From: the human T2T-CHM13v2.0 reference genome, Homo sapiens
Direction: 5' to 3' (one strand)
DNA: 64,000 bases
Assembly: GCF_009914755.1 (NCBI RefSeq)
Contig: NC_060939.1
How positions within the stretch are numbered: the stretch's first letter is position 1; each line of letters starts with the position of its first letter. Positions 16,363-30,920 of the stretch are shown one piece after another. A model generated the notes under the pieces. That model was not told the origin of the DNA and did no database searches. It was given only the letters and a program-made list of their open reading frames with translations. Both the position numbers and the translations under genes were made by a program.

Positions 16363-18649
16363 TGTATTTTTCCATTCTCACATTGCTGATAAAGATATAC
16401 CCAAGACTGGGTAATTTATTTTTAAAAAAGAGGTTTAATGGACTCGCAGGTCCACATGACTGGGGAGGCCTCACAATCATGGCAGAAGGTGAAAGGCACA
16501 TCTTACATGGTGGCAGGCAAGAGAGAATGACAACAAAGCAAAAGGGGTTTCCCCTTATAAAACCATCAGATCTCATGAGAATTATTCACTACCATGAGAA
16601 AAGTATGGGGGAAACCATCTCAATGATTCAATTATCTCCCACTAGTTCCATGTCATAATACATGGGAATTATAGGAGCTACAATTTAAGATGAGATTTGG
16701 GTGGGGACACAGCAAAACCATATCATATTGCCTCTCCCAAATCTCATGTCCTCACATTTCAAAACGAATCATGACTTCCCAACAGTCCCCCAGAGTCTTA
16801 ACTCATTTCAGCATTAACTCAAAAGTCCACAGTCCAAAGTCTCATCTGAGACAAGGCAAGTCTCTTCCACCTATGAGCCTGTAAAATCAAAAGCAAGTTA
16901 GTTACTTCCTAGATATAATGGGATACAGACATTGGGTAAATACAGCCATTCCATATGGGAGAAATTGGCCAAAACAAAGGGGCTACAGACCCCATGCAAG
17001 TCCTAAATCCAGGGTGGGGGGCAGTCAAATCTTAAAGCTCCAAAATGATCTCCTTTGGCTCCATGTCTCACATCCAGGTCACGCTGATGCAAGAGGTGGA
17101 CTCCCACGGTCTTGGGCAGCTCCACCCCTGTGGCTTTGCAGGGTAAAGCCCCACTCCTGGCTGCTTTCATAGGCTAGCATTGAGTGTGGCTTTTCCAGGC
17201 TCACAGTGCAAGCTATCAGTGGATCTACCATTCTGGGGTCTGCAGGATGGTGACCATTTTCTCATAGCTCCACTAGGCAGTGTACCAGTGGGGACTCTGT
17301 GTGGTGGCTTCAACCCCACATTTCCCTCTGTACTGCCCTAGCAGAGGTTCTCCATAAGGGCTCCACTCCTGCAGTAAACTTCTGCCTGGGCATCCAGGCA
17401 TTTCTATAATCGTCTGAAACCTAGGAGGAGGTTCCCAAACCTTAATTCTTGACTTCTGTGCACCCATGGACTCAACACCTGTGGAAGCTGCCAAGGCTTG
17501 GGGCTTGCACTCTCTGAAGTCATGGCTTGAGCTATACCTTGGCCCCTTTTAGCCTTGACTAGAGCAGTTGGGACACAGGGCAAGTCCCTAGGTTGCACAC
17601 AGCAAGGGGGCCCTGGGCCAGGCCCAATATACCATTTATTCCTCCTAGGCCTCTAGGCCTGTGATAGGAGGAAAAAAGTCTCTAACATGCTCTGGAGACA
17701 TTTTCCCCATTGTCTTGGTGATGAACATTTGGTTCTTTGTTATTTATGAAAATTTCTGTAGCCAGCTTGAATTTCTCCTTAGAAAATGGGATTTTCTTTT
17801 CTATCACATTGTCAGGCTGCAAATTTTCTGAACTTTTATGCTGTTTCCCTTTGAAAACTGAATGTTTTTAACAGCATCCAAGTCACATTTTGAATGCTTT
17901 GCTGCTTAGCAATTTCTTCCACCAGACACCCTAAATCATCTCCCTCACATTCAAAGTTCCACAAATATCTAGGGTAGGGGCAAAATGCCACCAGTCTCTG
18001 CTAAAACATAGCAAGAGTCACCTTTACTCCAGTTCCCAACAAGTTCCTCATCTCCATATGAGACCACCTCAGCCTGGATTTCATTGTCCATATCATTATC
18101 AGCATTGTGGTCAAAGCCATTCAGCAATTCTCTAGGAAGTTCCAAACTTTCCCCACATTTTCCTGTCTTCTTCTGAGCCCTCCAAACTGTTGCAACCTCT
18201 GTCTGTTACCCAGTTCCAAAGTCACTTCCACATTTTCAGGTATCTTTACAGAAGTGCCCCACTCCCAGTACCAATTTACTGTATTAGTCCATTCTCACAC
18301 TGCTGATAAAGACATACTCGAGACTGGGTAATTTATTAAAAAAAAAAAAAAAAGAGGTTTAACAGACTCACAGTTCCATGTGGCTGGGGAGGCCTCATAA
18401 TCATGGCAGAAGGCAAAAAGCACATCTTACATGGTAACAAGCAAGAGAGAATGAAAAACAAGCAAAAGGGGTTTCCCCTTATAAAACCATCAGATCTCAT
18501 GAGACTTATTCACTACCATTAGAAGAGTATGGGAGAAACTACCTCCATGATTCAATTATCTCTCACTGGGTCCTTCCCACAACACATGGGAATTACAGGA
18601 GCTACAATTCAAGATAAGATATGGGTGGGGACACAGCCAAACCATATCA
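16363..18649 (-). mobile_element. Complete THE1 (THE1B/C-like): LTR 16363-16725, internal 16726-18279, LTR 18280-18649
   Basis: Two homologous LTRs TGTATT...CCATATCA flank a typical ~1.55 kb THE1-int; perfect 5-bp TSD GTCAG (16358-16362, 18650-18654). Confidence 0.96.
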
Positions 18650-18654
18650 GTCAG

Positions 18655-19083
18655 TGTGTAAGTCTGGGCCCTCTAGCCCTCCAAGATGACTTTGAAAATC
18701 AAAAATAATTGTGGTTTTTGAGAGAAAAGTTTGAGAAAACTGGGAGAGACTGGAAGAGTCATCAGATCTCTATGCAAATCTGACCCTGAGGGAAGGAGAG
18801 AAGAAGGGAGGGAGGAAGAAGTTTGGGTAGAAGCATCTTAGACTGAGGTACAGCCTAAAAGATGCTTGACCAGGCCATTAGAGAGTACTGGAGCCAGAGG
18901 AATCTGTCAGAGGAGTCTCATGTCTCCCAGGAACTGGCCTGCTGAAGGAGCCCTGCCATGTGGAATCATTGGTTGAAAGCAGCCTATGGGAAGTATGAAT
19001 TCAGAGCACAGCAGCTGGGGCCCTTGGTTTACTACGCTACCTCCACTTGAAGATCCAAGAGACATGTACTCATGATGGTCACA
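18655..19083 (-). mobile_element. LTR16A-like ERVL LTR
   Basis: CTGACCCTGAGGGAAGGAGAG, TGTCAGAGGAGTCTCATGTCTCCCAGGAA and CAGCAGCTGGGGCC motifs. Confidence 0.7.
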
Positions 19084-19425
19084 ATTGGCAATGGACTAGT
19101 ATTTTTAAAAATTTTCCTTTACTTTTAATTTTTTATTACCTGTGGAGGGCATCATTTGTAAAAAATTTATAGCTGAAGTTTTAAATTTCCAGTCTGAGGA
19201 TCCCTAACTTTTAACTGATGAATTTAGTTCATTTACAATAATTATGATTACTGATATATTTGACTGTTTCTTTTATAATATTTGTTCTTCTCATCTACCA
19301 TATACTTTTCTTTGCCTCTTTTTCTCCTTAACTACATCCTAATGATTATTTGTAAAGTTTGTAAAATGGATTTGGTAGTAAAATAGTAAACATATTAACA
19401 TATAAAAAGACATTATATGATTATA

Positions 19426-19742
<317 letters not shown>

Positions 19743-19979
19743 TTACAAAGATGCCAACTTAATAAACTATATTTTTGTTATCTCCTTTTTACTTAGTACT
19801 CATTTTGAAATTATATATTCCATTTCTATTGTTTAAAATAGTTACCCTTTGAATTTTAGAATGTCTACTTATCTCAGCAAAGTTCAAAATTGATCATTTT
19901 TTTCCAAATTAATCTAGAAATGTAATACAATTACCTTAAATACAATACATAAAACTGGCAGATTTTTTCACAGAACTTA

Positions 19980-20420
<441 letters not shown>

Positions 20421-20512
20421 TCAGAAACAAGATTTGCTATAAAGCTCAAGTAAATAATGTGGTATTGGCAAAGCAACAAACAGCAGAATAGAGAGCCCAG
20501 AAATGATCTCTC

Positions 20513-20652
20513 CTCCTTCTTTTTCTTTCTTGCTTCCTTCTTTCTTTTCTTTCTTTCTTTCCTTTTCTTTCTTTCTTTCTTTCTCTCTCCTTTCTTTTTT
20601 CCTTCCTTCCTTCATTTTTCCTTCCTTCCTTCCTTCCTTCTTACTTTCTTGC

Positions 20653-20682
<30 letters not shown>
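20513..20682. repeat. (TTTC/TTCC)n followed by (CA)n
   Basis: Direct. Confidence 0.95.
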
Positions 20683-20685
<3 letters not shown>

Positions 20686-21137
20686 TAGTGTATGACCAAA
20701 GTGGCATTTCAAGACAAAGACGAAATAATAGTCTATTTAATATATGATGCTAGGACAATTAGGTACCTAAATAGATAACTTTATAGAAAAAGGTGAAATT
20801 AGATTTTTATTTAATTCTATAAAAACACAAACATACACAATTTTAAAAGAATTAAAACTCAAATGTGAAAAAAGCAAAACTTACCATTTGAGAAAAAAAT
20901 ACAGAAGACTCACAGTATAAGACTGTCATAAGAAAGAATTTTTAAATAAGATACAAAATATGTAAGTTGCAAAAGAAACACTGATAAATTTTACATTAAA
21001 AATTAAAACCAATGTATGATTTTTAAAAAGCCTTATTAAAAGTTGGGAAAAAATGTTTTAGTCCAGGAGAAGGTATTTGCAATCTATTTTTAATAAACGT
21101 GAAAGTAATATCTATAAGGGATGTTACAAATTATTAA

Positions 21138-21182
21138 AGGTTGGTGCAAAAGTAATTGCAATTTTTGCCGTTACTTTTAATG
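21138..21182. mobile_element. Half MADE1 (Hsmar1-derived MITE)
   Basis: AGGTTGGTGCAAAAGTAATTGCAATTTTTGCCGTTACTTTTAATG matches one TIR plus the spacer. Confidence 0.85.
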
Positions 21183-24100
21183 AGAAAAACTAACCCAGTA
21201 GAAAACAGATGTTAACTTTGAAATTCTGCGATTTGCTGCAGAGGAAATGTGAATGACCAAAAAACACATAAGAATGTGCTCAACTAAACTAATATCCAGA
21301 GAAATGCATATTAAACAGACAAATGAAACACCACTTCACACACATCACATTGGCAAAATCGTCAGATAACACTGAGTTTTAGAAAAACGTGAGGAAATGA
21401 GAATGTGTATATTGTGCTGCTAGATATGAAATATGTTTACAGCAATGTTGGCAAACAGTTTGGCAGTTATTAGAAGGGTTCAAGATGTGCTTACCCTCCA
21501 CCCATAGAAGTCTTCCTTTGGAAACTCCCTGTGTATGCACAAGGAGCACATATAAAGACACTACTACAGCACTACAAACCAAAGACTAAAAGAATAAGCC
21601 ACCAGCTTGTACAAGAGAAGAGATAAATAAAAGTAGGCTTATTCATACAATGGAGCAGCATATAGCAGTTAGAGTGAATTAGAGTGAGTTAGAGCTAAAT
21701 GCTTCAAAAACTAATGCATGTCCTATGTATATAACAAAAAGAAACGAAAACATCTGTCCACACAATAACATATACATAAATGTTTACAGCAGCATTTTTC
21801 CTAATAACCAAAAAATGGAAATAACCCATATGGTCATCAACTGATCAATGGATAAACAAATTGTGGTATATCTATATGATGGAATATTACAACATAGACA
21901 GACCTTAAAAGCATATGCTTAATGAAAGAAGCCAGTCACATAAAAATACATATTATTAGATTCCACTTATGTAAAATTTCCAGAATAGGCAAATCTATAA
22001 AAACAGAAAGTAGATTAGCAGTTGCTTTTCATTGCAGAGGGGCAGGTAATGAGAAGTGATAGCTAAAGGGTATCGAGTTTCTTTTTAAGGTGGTTGAAAT
22101 ATTACAAAATTGACTGTGGTGATGATTTCAATTATCTGTGAATATAATAAAACCCAGCAAAATTGTTTTGTATTTTAAATGGATGAATTGTGTGTTATGT
22201 GAATTACATACCATTAAAGTTGTTACAAAAAAGGTGTAGACTAGTAAAATATTTAGGTAAGTAAGTAAAGAAAAGTAGATATTGTTTGGGGATACACATA
22301 CACATAGTAAAACTTCAAAATATGCATTGCAGTGATACCCATGAGATTCAGGGTGGAAGCTGCCTTTGCAGAGGGAAGCTGGGGAATAAATGGGAGGGCA
22401 CAGTGCTTCTTTTAAAATGCATATTACAAGAAATATATCACAATGTTAACATAAGTTTACTCTTAATAATTCATACATAGATACTATTGTATAATTTTCT
22501 GGGTTGGAAATTCTTCATAACTTTTTAAATTTAAAACCAAAATATTCTTGTAAGCCTTTTAAATTAATTAAAATGCAACTTTAACCTTCAAGGATGAAAT
22601 AAAATATTTCATTTCCTTGCTCTGATCTTATAGACAATAAATCCATCCTCTTTTTCTTTCTTGGGCTATGTTTTACAATTGTAGAGGGTGATCTCAGGAG
22701 ATATGTGTTTGAGTTCACAAAGTGAGTTTTGCATGAATCACACGCCTTTCAAAGGAAAGCAGTATAATTCCAGCAGCAGGGAACCACAAAATGATGCTTT
22801 TTGTCTGTTTAGAACAGATATTTTTATCCCTTTAGGAATGATATAAATTAAATAATTCTTCCTCATAATAACATGGTAGCACATTTTAGTTTCAGCTTGT
22901 AAATGGGTCACATTGGTTTGCTTTTCCAAAATGTAGGTTATTGGATGGCAATGGTGGTGGTAAGAGGAAAACATGCATTTCAGACATTTTTGAAAACTGA
23001 AATGGAGTTGGGAGTCTCTTTACATTCAATCCGTGAAGACGACAACTTGTTGGTTGTGAAAAACGTAAATATTTTGTAGTTCAACTAAATCCAAGTTTGA
23101 AATGTGAAAGCCACATAAAAATCATTATTGTGCTCTTATCTCAGGAAGGACCGCTTTTATTGCCAACTGTAAAATAGATTGAGCTACTCTAGTCCTTCTG
23201 AAATGGCATATTAAACTGGTATCTGCAATGATCTGAGGATATTGTGAATTCAGCTAAGTAAATGATATAAATCTATGTTGTATAATAAAAGAAAACTAAT
23301 TGCAAAATATGTACCATCCTGGGATTACTTTTGTCAGAAAATAATAGGAATGGCTGGGTAGATCTTGTTTGAGGAAGTATTTATGGCCAATCCCTGGAGT
23401 GTCTGAAATCACTGATATAAGATGCTGGCAAAATCCACTATGCTTACTGGCTTAGCTGACCATCATACCCAGGAGGAAAGATTTTTATGGAGAAAAGTCT
23501 TTTAAATATGTGGCTGACTGCTAATAGATGGAACCAATTACCCAAGAAATTAAAATGAATAGATGGTTAGTCATCACTGCTTGGATTACTGTAATAGCCT
23601 GTTTGTGACTAGGTCTTCTTCCTGCAAAGACAATGATATCCCCTCTGAGGATGAATCCCAAGTTCTACAGATAATTAATAACTCATAATTTCTTTCACTG
23701 GAAATTACAGTTGGTGGACCCTTCTGTGCCTCTGTAATCCACCAAGATAATGGTTTATAAGGAGCTTTAGCGTTCCCTGTATATATCCCTTGAATCAACC
23801 AGAATGAAGTCTATTCTTTTTTCCTGGACTACTTTCAAAAGAAGTTTTCAAATCATCAGCTTGGTCGTAAAATTAATCGGATGGGTTTCTAAAACAGCCT
23901 AAAACATTTGATCAAGTATATTTGGAGCTAATGTTTGAATCACATAAACATTCCCCAGATCAACTAGTTAGTGCAGAAGTCCCAAGAGCCTGAATAATTA
24001 GTTTCAGATGCAAACAACTTTTACTTGCAATATATAAAAGTATTGAATTCATTTGTTCTTTTATAATTGACACCAAATTCATGTTATGTCAATGAAAATG

Positions 24101-24244
24101 CTGAAAGGAATGACATTTTCTCATGTACGTGAGAAGTTTCTGAAAATGTTCTCTAGATTAACAACTTGAAAAGTAGGATCTGATATCCCTTTAAGATAAC
24201 TATTACTAAACTAGTTAGTTAAAATTCAAATATTATTTAGATCA

Positions 24245-24476
24245 TCTTTTTCCAAAATGTGTTCAAGATCACGCAAGTGAAGCTGGAATTTTTTTTTCAG
24301 AAAGGAGCACACTCTGGCCTCATTTTGGAAATTTCTAATATATATTAGCACATTAAGGACTCTGAGAAGTCCTGCAGCAAAGAAAACCCTAACTCAGCCT
24401 TGTCTGTATTTATTTAATTTGTGAATCTTATTTTTGCCTAACACTTATTCCAAACATTGCATATTGGAAAACACCA
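24245..24476. mobile_element. MER103C-like hAT-Charlie
   Basis: ATTAGCACATTAAGGACTCTGAGAAGTCCTGCAGCAAAGAAA signature. Confidence 0.7.
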
Positions 24477-25944
24477 ATAGGGACTGATCTACCCCCTTAT
24501 GGAAAAGGCCTAAAGAGTTTAAAGTACTTACCCAAGATCACATGAGTACTAAGTTGAAGAGTGAGGAGACTGGCTCCCAATTCAGGGATCCTTCCTGGGA
24601 TGATGTAATAAAGGAAGAGATTGCCCAAATAATGCCCCCAATTTGTATGAACTTTTTTTAAAATAGTAAAACAACAACAACAAAATCCAGTGATTTAGGA
24701 ATCATCAAGAAATCCAAGAAACCAAGAAACCTAAGAATATTTAGGCATTGTCTTCCTTCTGGTTTAGAAATAGCTTGATAATGGGTAGGAGAAATTGGGT
24801 AGAAAACTACACTGTATAGCAAATAATATCATCTCACTTTGATTTGAAGCAAATCTCCCTCCTCCCCTCTACTCTCTCATTATCCACATTCATACTGCAG
24901 CTCCAAGCCCAGCTCTCCAATGAAATAATTTTTTTGACCTAAAAGAGTGGGCTCAGATCACAGAAACAGTGAGGGGAAAACTGAAACCTTGATAACACAG
25001 AGGACCAAGACTGGCACTGGTTCTCTTATTTACATCATACTTCTAATTATATATCAGTACTTGTTGTGGGAGACCCTCAGGAAAATCCCCTTCTGTGCCT
25101 AAGACCCTCTGACTTCACTGTGTAACCATTTTTCCTTCCCGTCAGAAGCAGATGGAATTAATAGACTGTGACAATTGTCTATTGTTCTAAACGAGTTACA
25201 CTATGATCTGTTTGCCTCTTTCCCAGAAGATGGATGACAAAATGCAACGAGAAATGAGAATGTGTAATGTCTGAGGTTTTCCTATTAAAAGTCCCTCTTT
25301 GTTCAGAAGTCACACTAGCTTGATTTTCTGTGTTCTATTAGATAATATAAAAATCTTGCCCCTCAATGTCCCTGATGAAATTAGAGAATCATGATGGGGT
25401 GTCCTCAAGGTCTCAGTTTCCTGCCTTGAGGAAGCATATTACAGAAGTCAGAATGAACATCTCCTCCCTTGGAAAGGAATTTCTTCAGTACTAAAGACAC
25501 CCCGTTACAGGGCAGGACACCCAATTTGTCATCTGCCCTCTACTGAGACAGCAAAGTCAGCCAGGGCTCAGAATCATTCAGATAATTTAAGAGCCCACCT
25601 TCAGAGGGAGGGCTAGAAGCCATGTGGGTAATATCTGACATTTTAAACTTAATCTTTGATAGTCTAGTTAATTAATTTCTCTGAAATTTCTACCTCATTT
25701 TAGATAACCTAGGCACAAAAGGAAAGTCACCCCCAATTCATGCAGTTTCTAAGTCAGTATGATTACACTTTTCAGTGATTTGTTATATAGTTCATACTTC
25801 CGTGTTAATAAGTAGTGATTTTTTAATAGGGAAAAATCTAGCTTGTGGATATCTGCTAAGATCAATTATTAATGCTTGTGTACCCATTGCACTCATAAAA
25901 CACCTGCCTAGAGCTCCAGAAGGAACTCAGGAAGGTGGAATAAG

Positions 25945-26070
25945 ATAATATTTATTTAGCATCTACTGTGCCAGGCCTTCCATATATTCTTACTAAATTT
26001 AATTTCAATCCAACTTCAGAAAAGTAGCCTTCATTGTTATCACTATTACAGATGCTAAACCTGAGAATGA
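25945..26070 (-). mobile_element. MIR
   Basis: TATTTATTTAGCATCTACTGTGCCAGGC...TTACAGATG..AAACCTGAG. Confidence 0.65.
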
Positions 26071-26167
26071 GAAAGCCTGCTTTATTCTATTTACTCTGCA
26101 GTTATTACTTATGTGAAGGAGGAAGAGGAGAAATTAGAGAAGCAGTGAGGCTGAGATCATCTCCTCC

Positions 26168-26328
26168 ATTGCTCCTCAGAGTATGGCACACATGGCATCA
26201 CCTAGACACTTGCTGGAAATGCTGATTCTCGGGTGCTTCTGGAACTACCATGCTCGAATCTTTGTTCCAACAAAATTAAACAAAATACCAGGTGATTCGT
26301 GTGCACTTTAAAGTCTGAGAAGCAGTGT
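26168..26328. mobile_element. MER5A-like hAT MITE
   Basis: GCATCACCT...GAAATGC...CAGGTGATTC...TAAAGTCTGAGAAGCAGTG. Confidence 0.75.
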
Positions 26329-26815
26329 CTATACAATTAAAACTTCTCCCAGAGGAAAGGAAAGGGACAGGAAGAAGACAGTCTGTATGGGCAAGACAGA
26401 GAGATGGAGTTGAGAGACACAGAAGAACAAAGGAGAGCTTGCAGGCCATTGCGTTGAGTTGGGAGACTGAGAGGGAGGTTGGGAAAGTAGCATTGTGATA
26501 ACGTTCTCCTGCGGCTTTTAAATTAGATCCCGTTTAATGTCTTTTAGGAGAGTCCAGTACCCTTTTAAATTTTGTTTTCAATTATTCTTGATTTCTGGTC
26601 TGACACTGGCCTTTCACTGTGCCATGATGCCGCCCGACTTTCAAATAGGCGCCACCTAATTAAGCTTCTGAGCTTAATTGGATTGAAAGACCAGATGAGA
26701 GTCGTTGATTCTGCAAAAGAAGCATGGGCTTGTGGAGCTCATGTCTTCTCTGTTCCCCTGGTGTACTAGTGGGGAGTGGAATATTGGGTGCTAACAATCT
26801 TTATTTTGCTTAGAC

Positions 26816-27023
26816 CTACGTTGTCCAAACGGCATGTGGCCCAAGACGGTTTTGAATGCAGCCCAACCACATGTTTATAAACTTTCTTAAAACATTATGA
26901 GTTTTTTTGCATTTTTTTTTACCTCATCAGCTATCACTAGTGTTAGTGTATTTTATGTGTGGCCTAAGACAATTTTTCTTCTTCCAATGTGGCCCAGGGA
27001 AGCAAAAAGATTGGACATCCCTG
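26816..27023. mobile_element. MER30 hAT MITE
   Basis: Typical body ending AAAAGATTGGACATCCCTG; 8-bp TSD GCTTAGAC/GCCTAGAC. Confidence 0.88.
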
Positions 27024-27139
27024 GCCTAGACCACACAGAAGTCAAATTCTGGGCAGCAAGTTGGGGTCTATGAACTGCTCAGAGCTCAGGAAGATGTACC
27101 ACTTAGCCCAACCTATGGCCACTATGAGGTGCCATTGAG

Positions 27140-27760
<621 letters not shown>

Positions 27761-28254
27761 CTTAGCAATAGCCACAGTATTTTTTGAAAACCTCTTACCT
27801 CAAATTAATTTCCCTTCCTGAAGCTGCTCCCTCCTGAGCCTGTGTCCTAGGCACACACACAGGGACTTGGTTAATTTTTGGTATATTTCTCTACAAATAT
27901 CTCCCAGGCCAGACCTCCCAAAGTGCCTCAGGAGATAGTATGATCCTGAGCAGATGCCAAATGCAATTTTTGGCAGAAGTCAAGAAAAAAATCTTGGATT
28001 ATCTGCTCTAACTGGGCTAGAGGGCAAAAATATTACCTTTTCTGGGGTTTGTTTACTTAATTATAAAACCAGTTATGCCATGGCTGTTCTAGCAAATCTG
28101 GCTCCAAGTTTTGAATCTAAGTATGAAAGATTTCACTACTATCTAATTTGGAGCCTTAGGGATTTTCATATTCAATGTCTAATTTGGTTTTAGTGATACT
28201 GATAGAAGAACCTTCTTTGCATAGCTATGTAGAAAAATGACTGGCTTACTGCCT

Positions 28255-29185
28255 GACTCAGTAATTCCACTCATATGTATGTACCCCCAAAAATGAAAGC
28301 ATATATCTGCACAAAATCTTGTATGTGAATATTATTGGCAGCATCATTCATAATAGTTCCAAAGTGGAAACAACCCAAATGTCCACCAACTGATGAATGA
28401 ATAATTAAATGTGGTATGTCTTAGTCCATTTTGCAGGGCTGTGACAGAATACCTAAGACTGGGTAATTTATCATGAACAGAAATGTATTTTCTCATGGTT
28501 CTGAAAGCTGGGAAGTCTGAGATCAAGGGCTGGCATCTGGTGAGGACCTTCTTACTATGTCATCCATGGTGGAAGGTAGAGGGTGCATGTGTCAGAGAAA
28601 AGGGGGCCAAGCTTGTTCTGTAACCCACTCCTGCATAATGGCATTAATCCATTTGTGAGTTCAGAACCCCCATGGCCTAATCACCTCTCAGTAGGCCCCA
28701 GTTCCCAATAGTGTTACATCCAAGATTAAGTTGCCAACACATGCTTTCTGGGGACACATTCAAACCATAGCATAGTATATCTGTATAATGAAATGTTACT
28801 TGGCCATATCATGGAATGAAGTACTGATACATGCTTCAATAAGGATGAACCTTGAAAACATTATGCTAAGCAAAATAATTTGTCCTACAGTAGGACAAAT
28901 ACTGTGTGATTCAATTTACATGAAATGTCTACAATAGGCAAATCCATAGAGACAGAAGTAGATTTCTGGTTTCCAGGGGCTAAGGGAAGGGCAGAGAAAG
29001 AGGACAGGAAAGAAACTGCTAACCAGAAGATTTCTTTGGGTGATATTGAAAAATGTTTAAAATTGACTGTGGTGATAGTTGCACAACTCTGTGAATATGG
29101 TAAAACACACACACACACACACTGAATTTTACACTTTTAAAGGGTGGATTTTATGATATGTGAATTATATAGCAATGAAACTGTT
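28255..29185 (+). mobile_element. L1MB-like 3' end split by an MST LTR
   Basis: GGAAACAACCCAAATGTCCA...; ATAGGCAAATCCATAGAGACAGAA; GTGAATTATAT. Confidence 0.85.
28417..28772 (-). mobile_element. MSTC/MSTD-like MaLR LTR
   Basis: TGTCTTAGTCC...CATTCAAACCATAGCA; TSD TGGTA/TAGTA. Confidence 0.88.
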
Positions 29186-29695
29186 TTCAAAAATGACTGG
29201 CAAGGAAACAAGAGCCGCTCTAAGTATGAGATTGAAGCCTGCTGGAGGGTGGTGTGTAGCCCTTGCCCAGGACAAGGGACAAGGAGAAGTGCAGCCCTCA
29301 TGGCCATCTGTTTTCATCATCCAGGCCTCAGCATGGACAGCTGAACATGGGAGCTGCTTAACAACCAGGTCCAAAAGTGGGAGCATTCTCAAAGTAACAC
29401 TTTCCTCCCTGACTTACACAGGTATTGCTGACACTTTTTTTTTCTCCTCCCAAATGAACCTTACTTAGTTTTTGATTAAGTCACTTTGCCAGGACATAAG
29501 TGTCTAAATTTAGTCATAGTAAAAAGAATAATTATTATTGGAAATGTGTTAATTCTCCTCTGTTACACATTTGGCTTAAGCCCCTTGTTAGGAGTTACCA
29601 TACCCTGTGGAGAAAACGCTCTCCAAGTGAATCAATTCTACAATGCAAGATAGGTCCCATTACAGATCTGAGATAGGTAGGATAGATGGTAGATA

Positions 29696-29861
29696 TAGGA
29701 CCAGCTACATTCTTGGTGGGTTTCAGTACAAAATGAAAATGTGGGGCCCCAGTTCATTAATTATTTAAACATTCAAAGCAGTGCAGCAGAGCAAGCACAG
29801 GGACCCTGTAAGCATGAGACCCTGTGGGACTGCACAGATCACACCCATGAAGCTGGCCCTG
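29696..29861 (-). mobile_element. MER45A-like hAT-Tip100
   Basis: CAAAATGAAAATGTGGGGCCCC...ACTGCACAGATCACACCCATGAAGCTGGCCCTG. Confidence 0.8.
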
Positions 29862-29874
29862 GAGAGATACATAG

Positions 29875-29875
<1 letters not shown>

Positions 29876-29958
<83 letters not shown>
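29876..29958. repeat. (GT)n-(GA)n compound microsatellite
   Basis: Direct. Confidence 0.95.
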
Positions 29959-30704
29959 AGTCCCCATTTTATGTACTTGAAAAGAATTTTATGATCTTTA
30001 TTGGACATGCTATTTCTTGTTAATAAAAACTGCTTCAAAATGGTATATTTCTAATTTTAAGGAGCTTTCCTAGTATTTCATTAAAACTGTCCATTTCACA
30101 GGGTTTTAATTTGCAAATTATTTTATTTTACCTCCCAACATTATTGTGATGTCAAAAGACAAAATTTTAGCATCCATTTTACATATGGGGAAATAGTCAT
30201 GCAAGGCATTCTAGGGAGATGTCCAAAGGCAGAGGACCACAGTGAAAAAGGCAACATGTTATGTTTCTCTCATATATTTTTATAGTGAGTGACTGTATCT
30301 AGGATAGTAGTATGGGAAGACTGCATATTAATTCATAATACTGACATGTCAGGTATTAAGGATGATAATAAACGTAAGTAAAAAACATATTATCAAATGT
30401 TTATGACACACAAGGCACAGTGTTAATCCCTTTATATATTTTATGGTATTTGATTTTCATTCCAAAACTCTTACCCAAATTGATCATGTATACAATGAGA
30501 GGTAAATATGTGTCTCTGTCAGTCTGTGTGTTTGTGCGTGTGTGTGTGTGTGTGTGTGTGAGTGTTGTTGGCAGGGTACAAACCTAAAATTAGCTTTAGT
30601 TAGTAGTTATTCTACTGAAACAGAAATATTTTATGTAAATAGTTCCAAAAGTACTCTCGAGTTTACCACGAATTACACTGTGAGCCTAAGGTGTCCCCCT
30701 GTTT

Positions 30705-30920
30705 CAGAGAGGCAGTGGAGCATGATGGTGAGAATGTGGGCTTGGAAGGCAGCATGCCTGGGTTTGAATCCCAGCCATCTTGCTCACCAGCCATGTTGCC
30801 ATGAGCAAGTCAGTTTCCCTCTCTGTGACCTGATTTTTCCTCTTTGTAAAATGGAGGTTACAACAGCACTCACATAGGCTTGTTGTATGGACCAAATAAG
30901 TACACATACAAAGTATTGCA
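30705..30920 (+). mobile_element. MIR
   Basis: GCCTGGGTTTGAATCCCAGC...TTTGTAAAATGGAGG. Confidence 0.8.
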
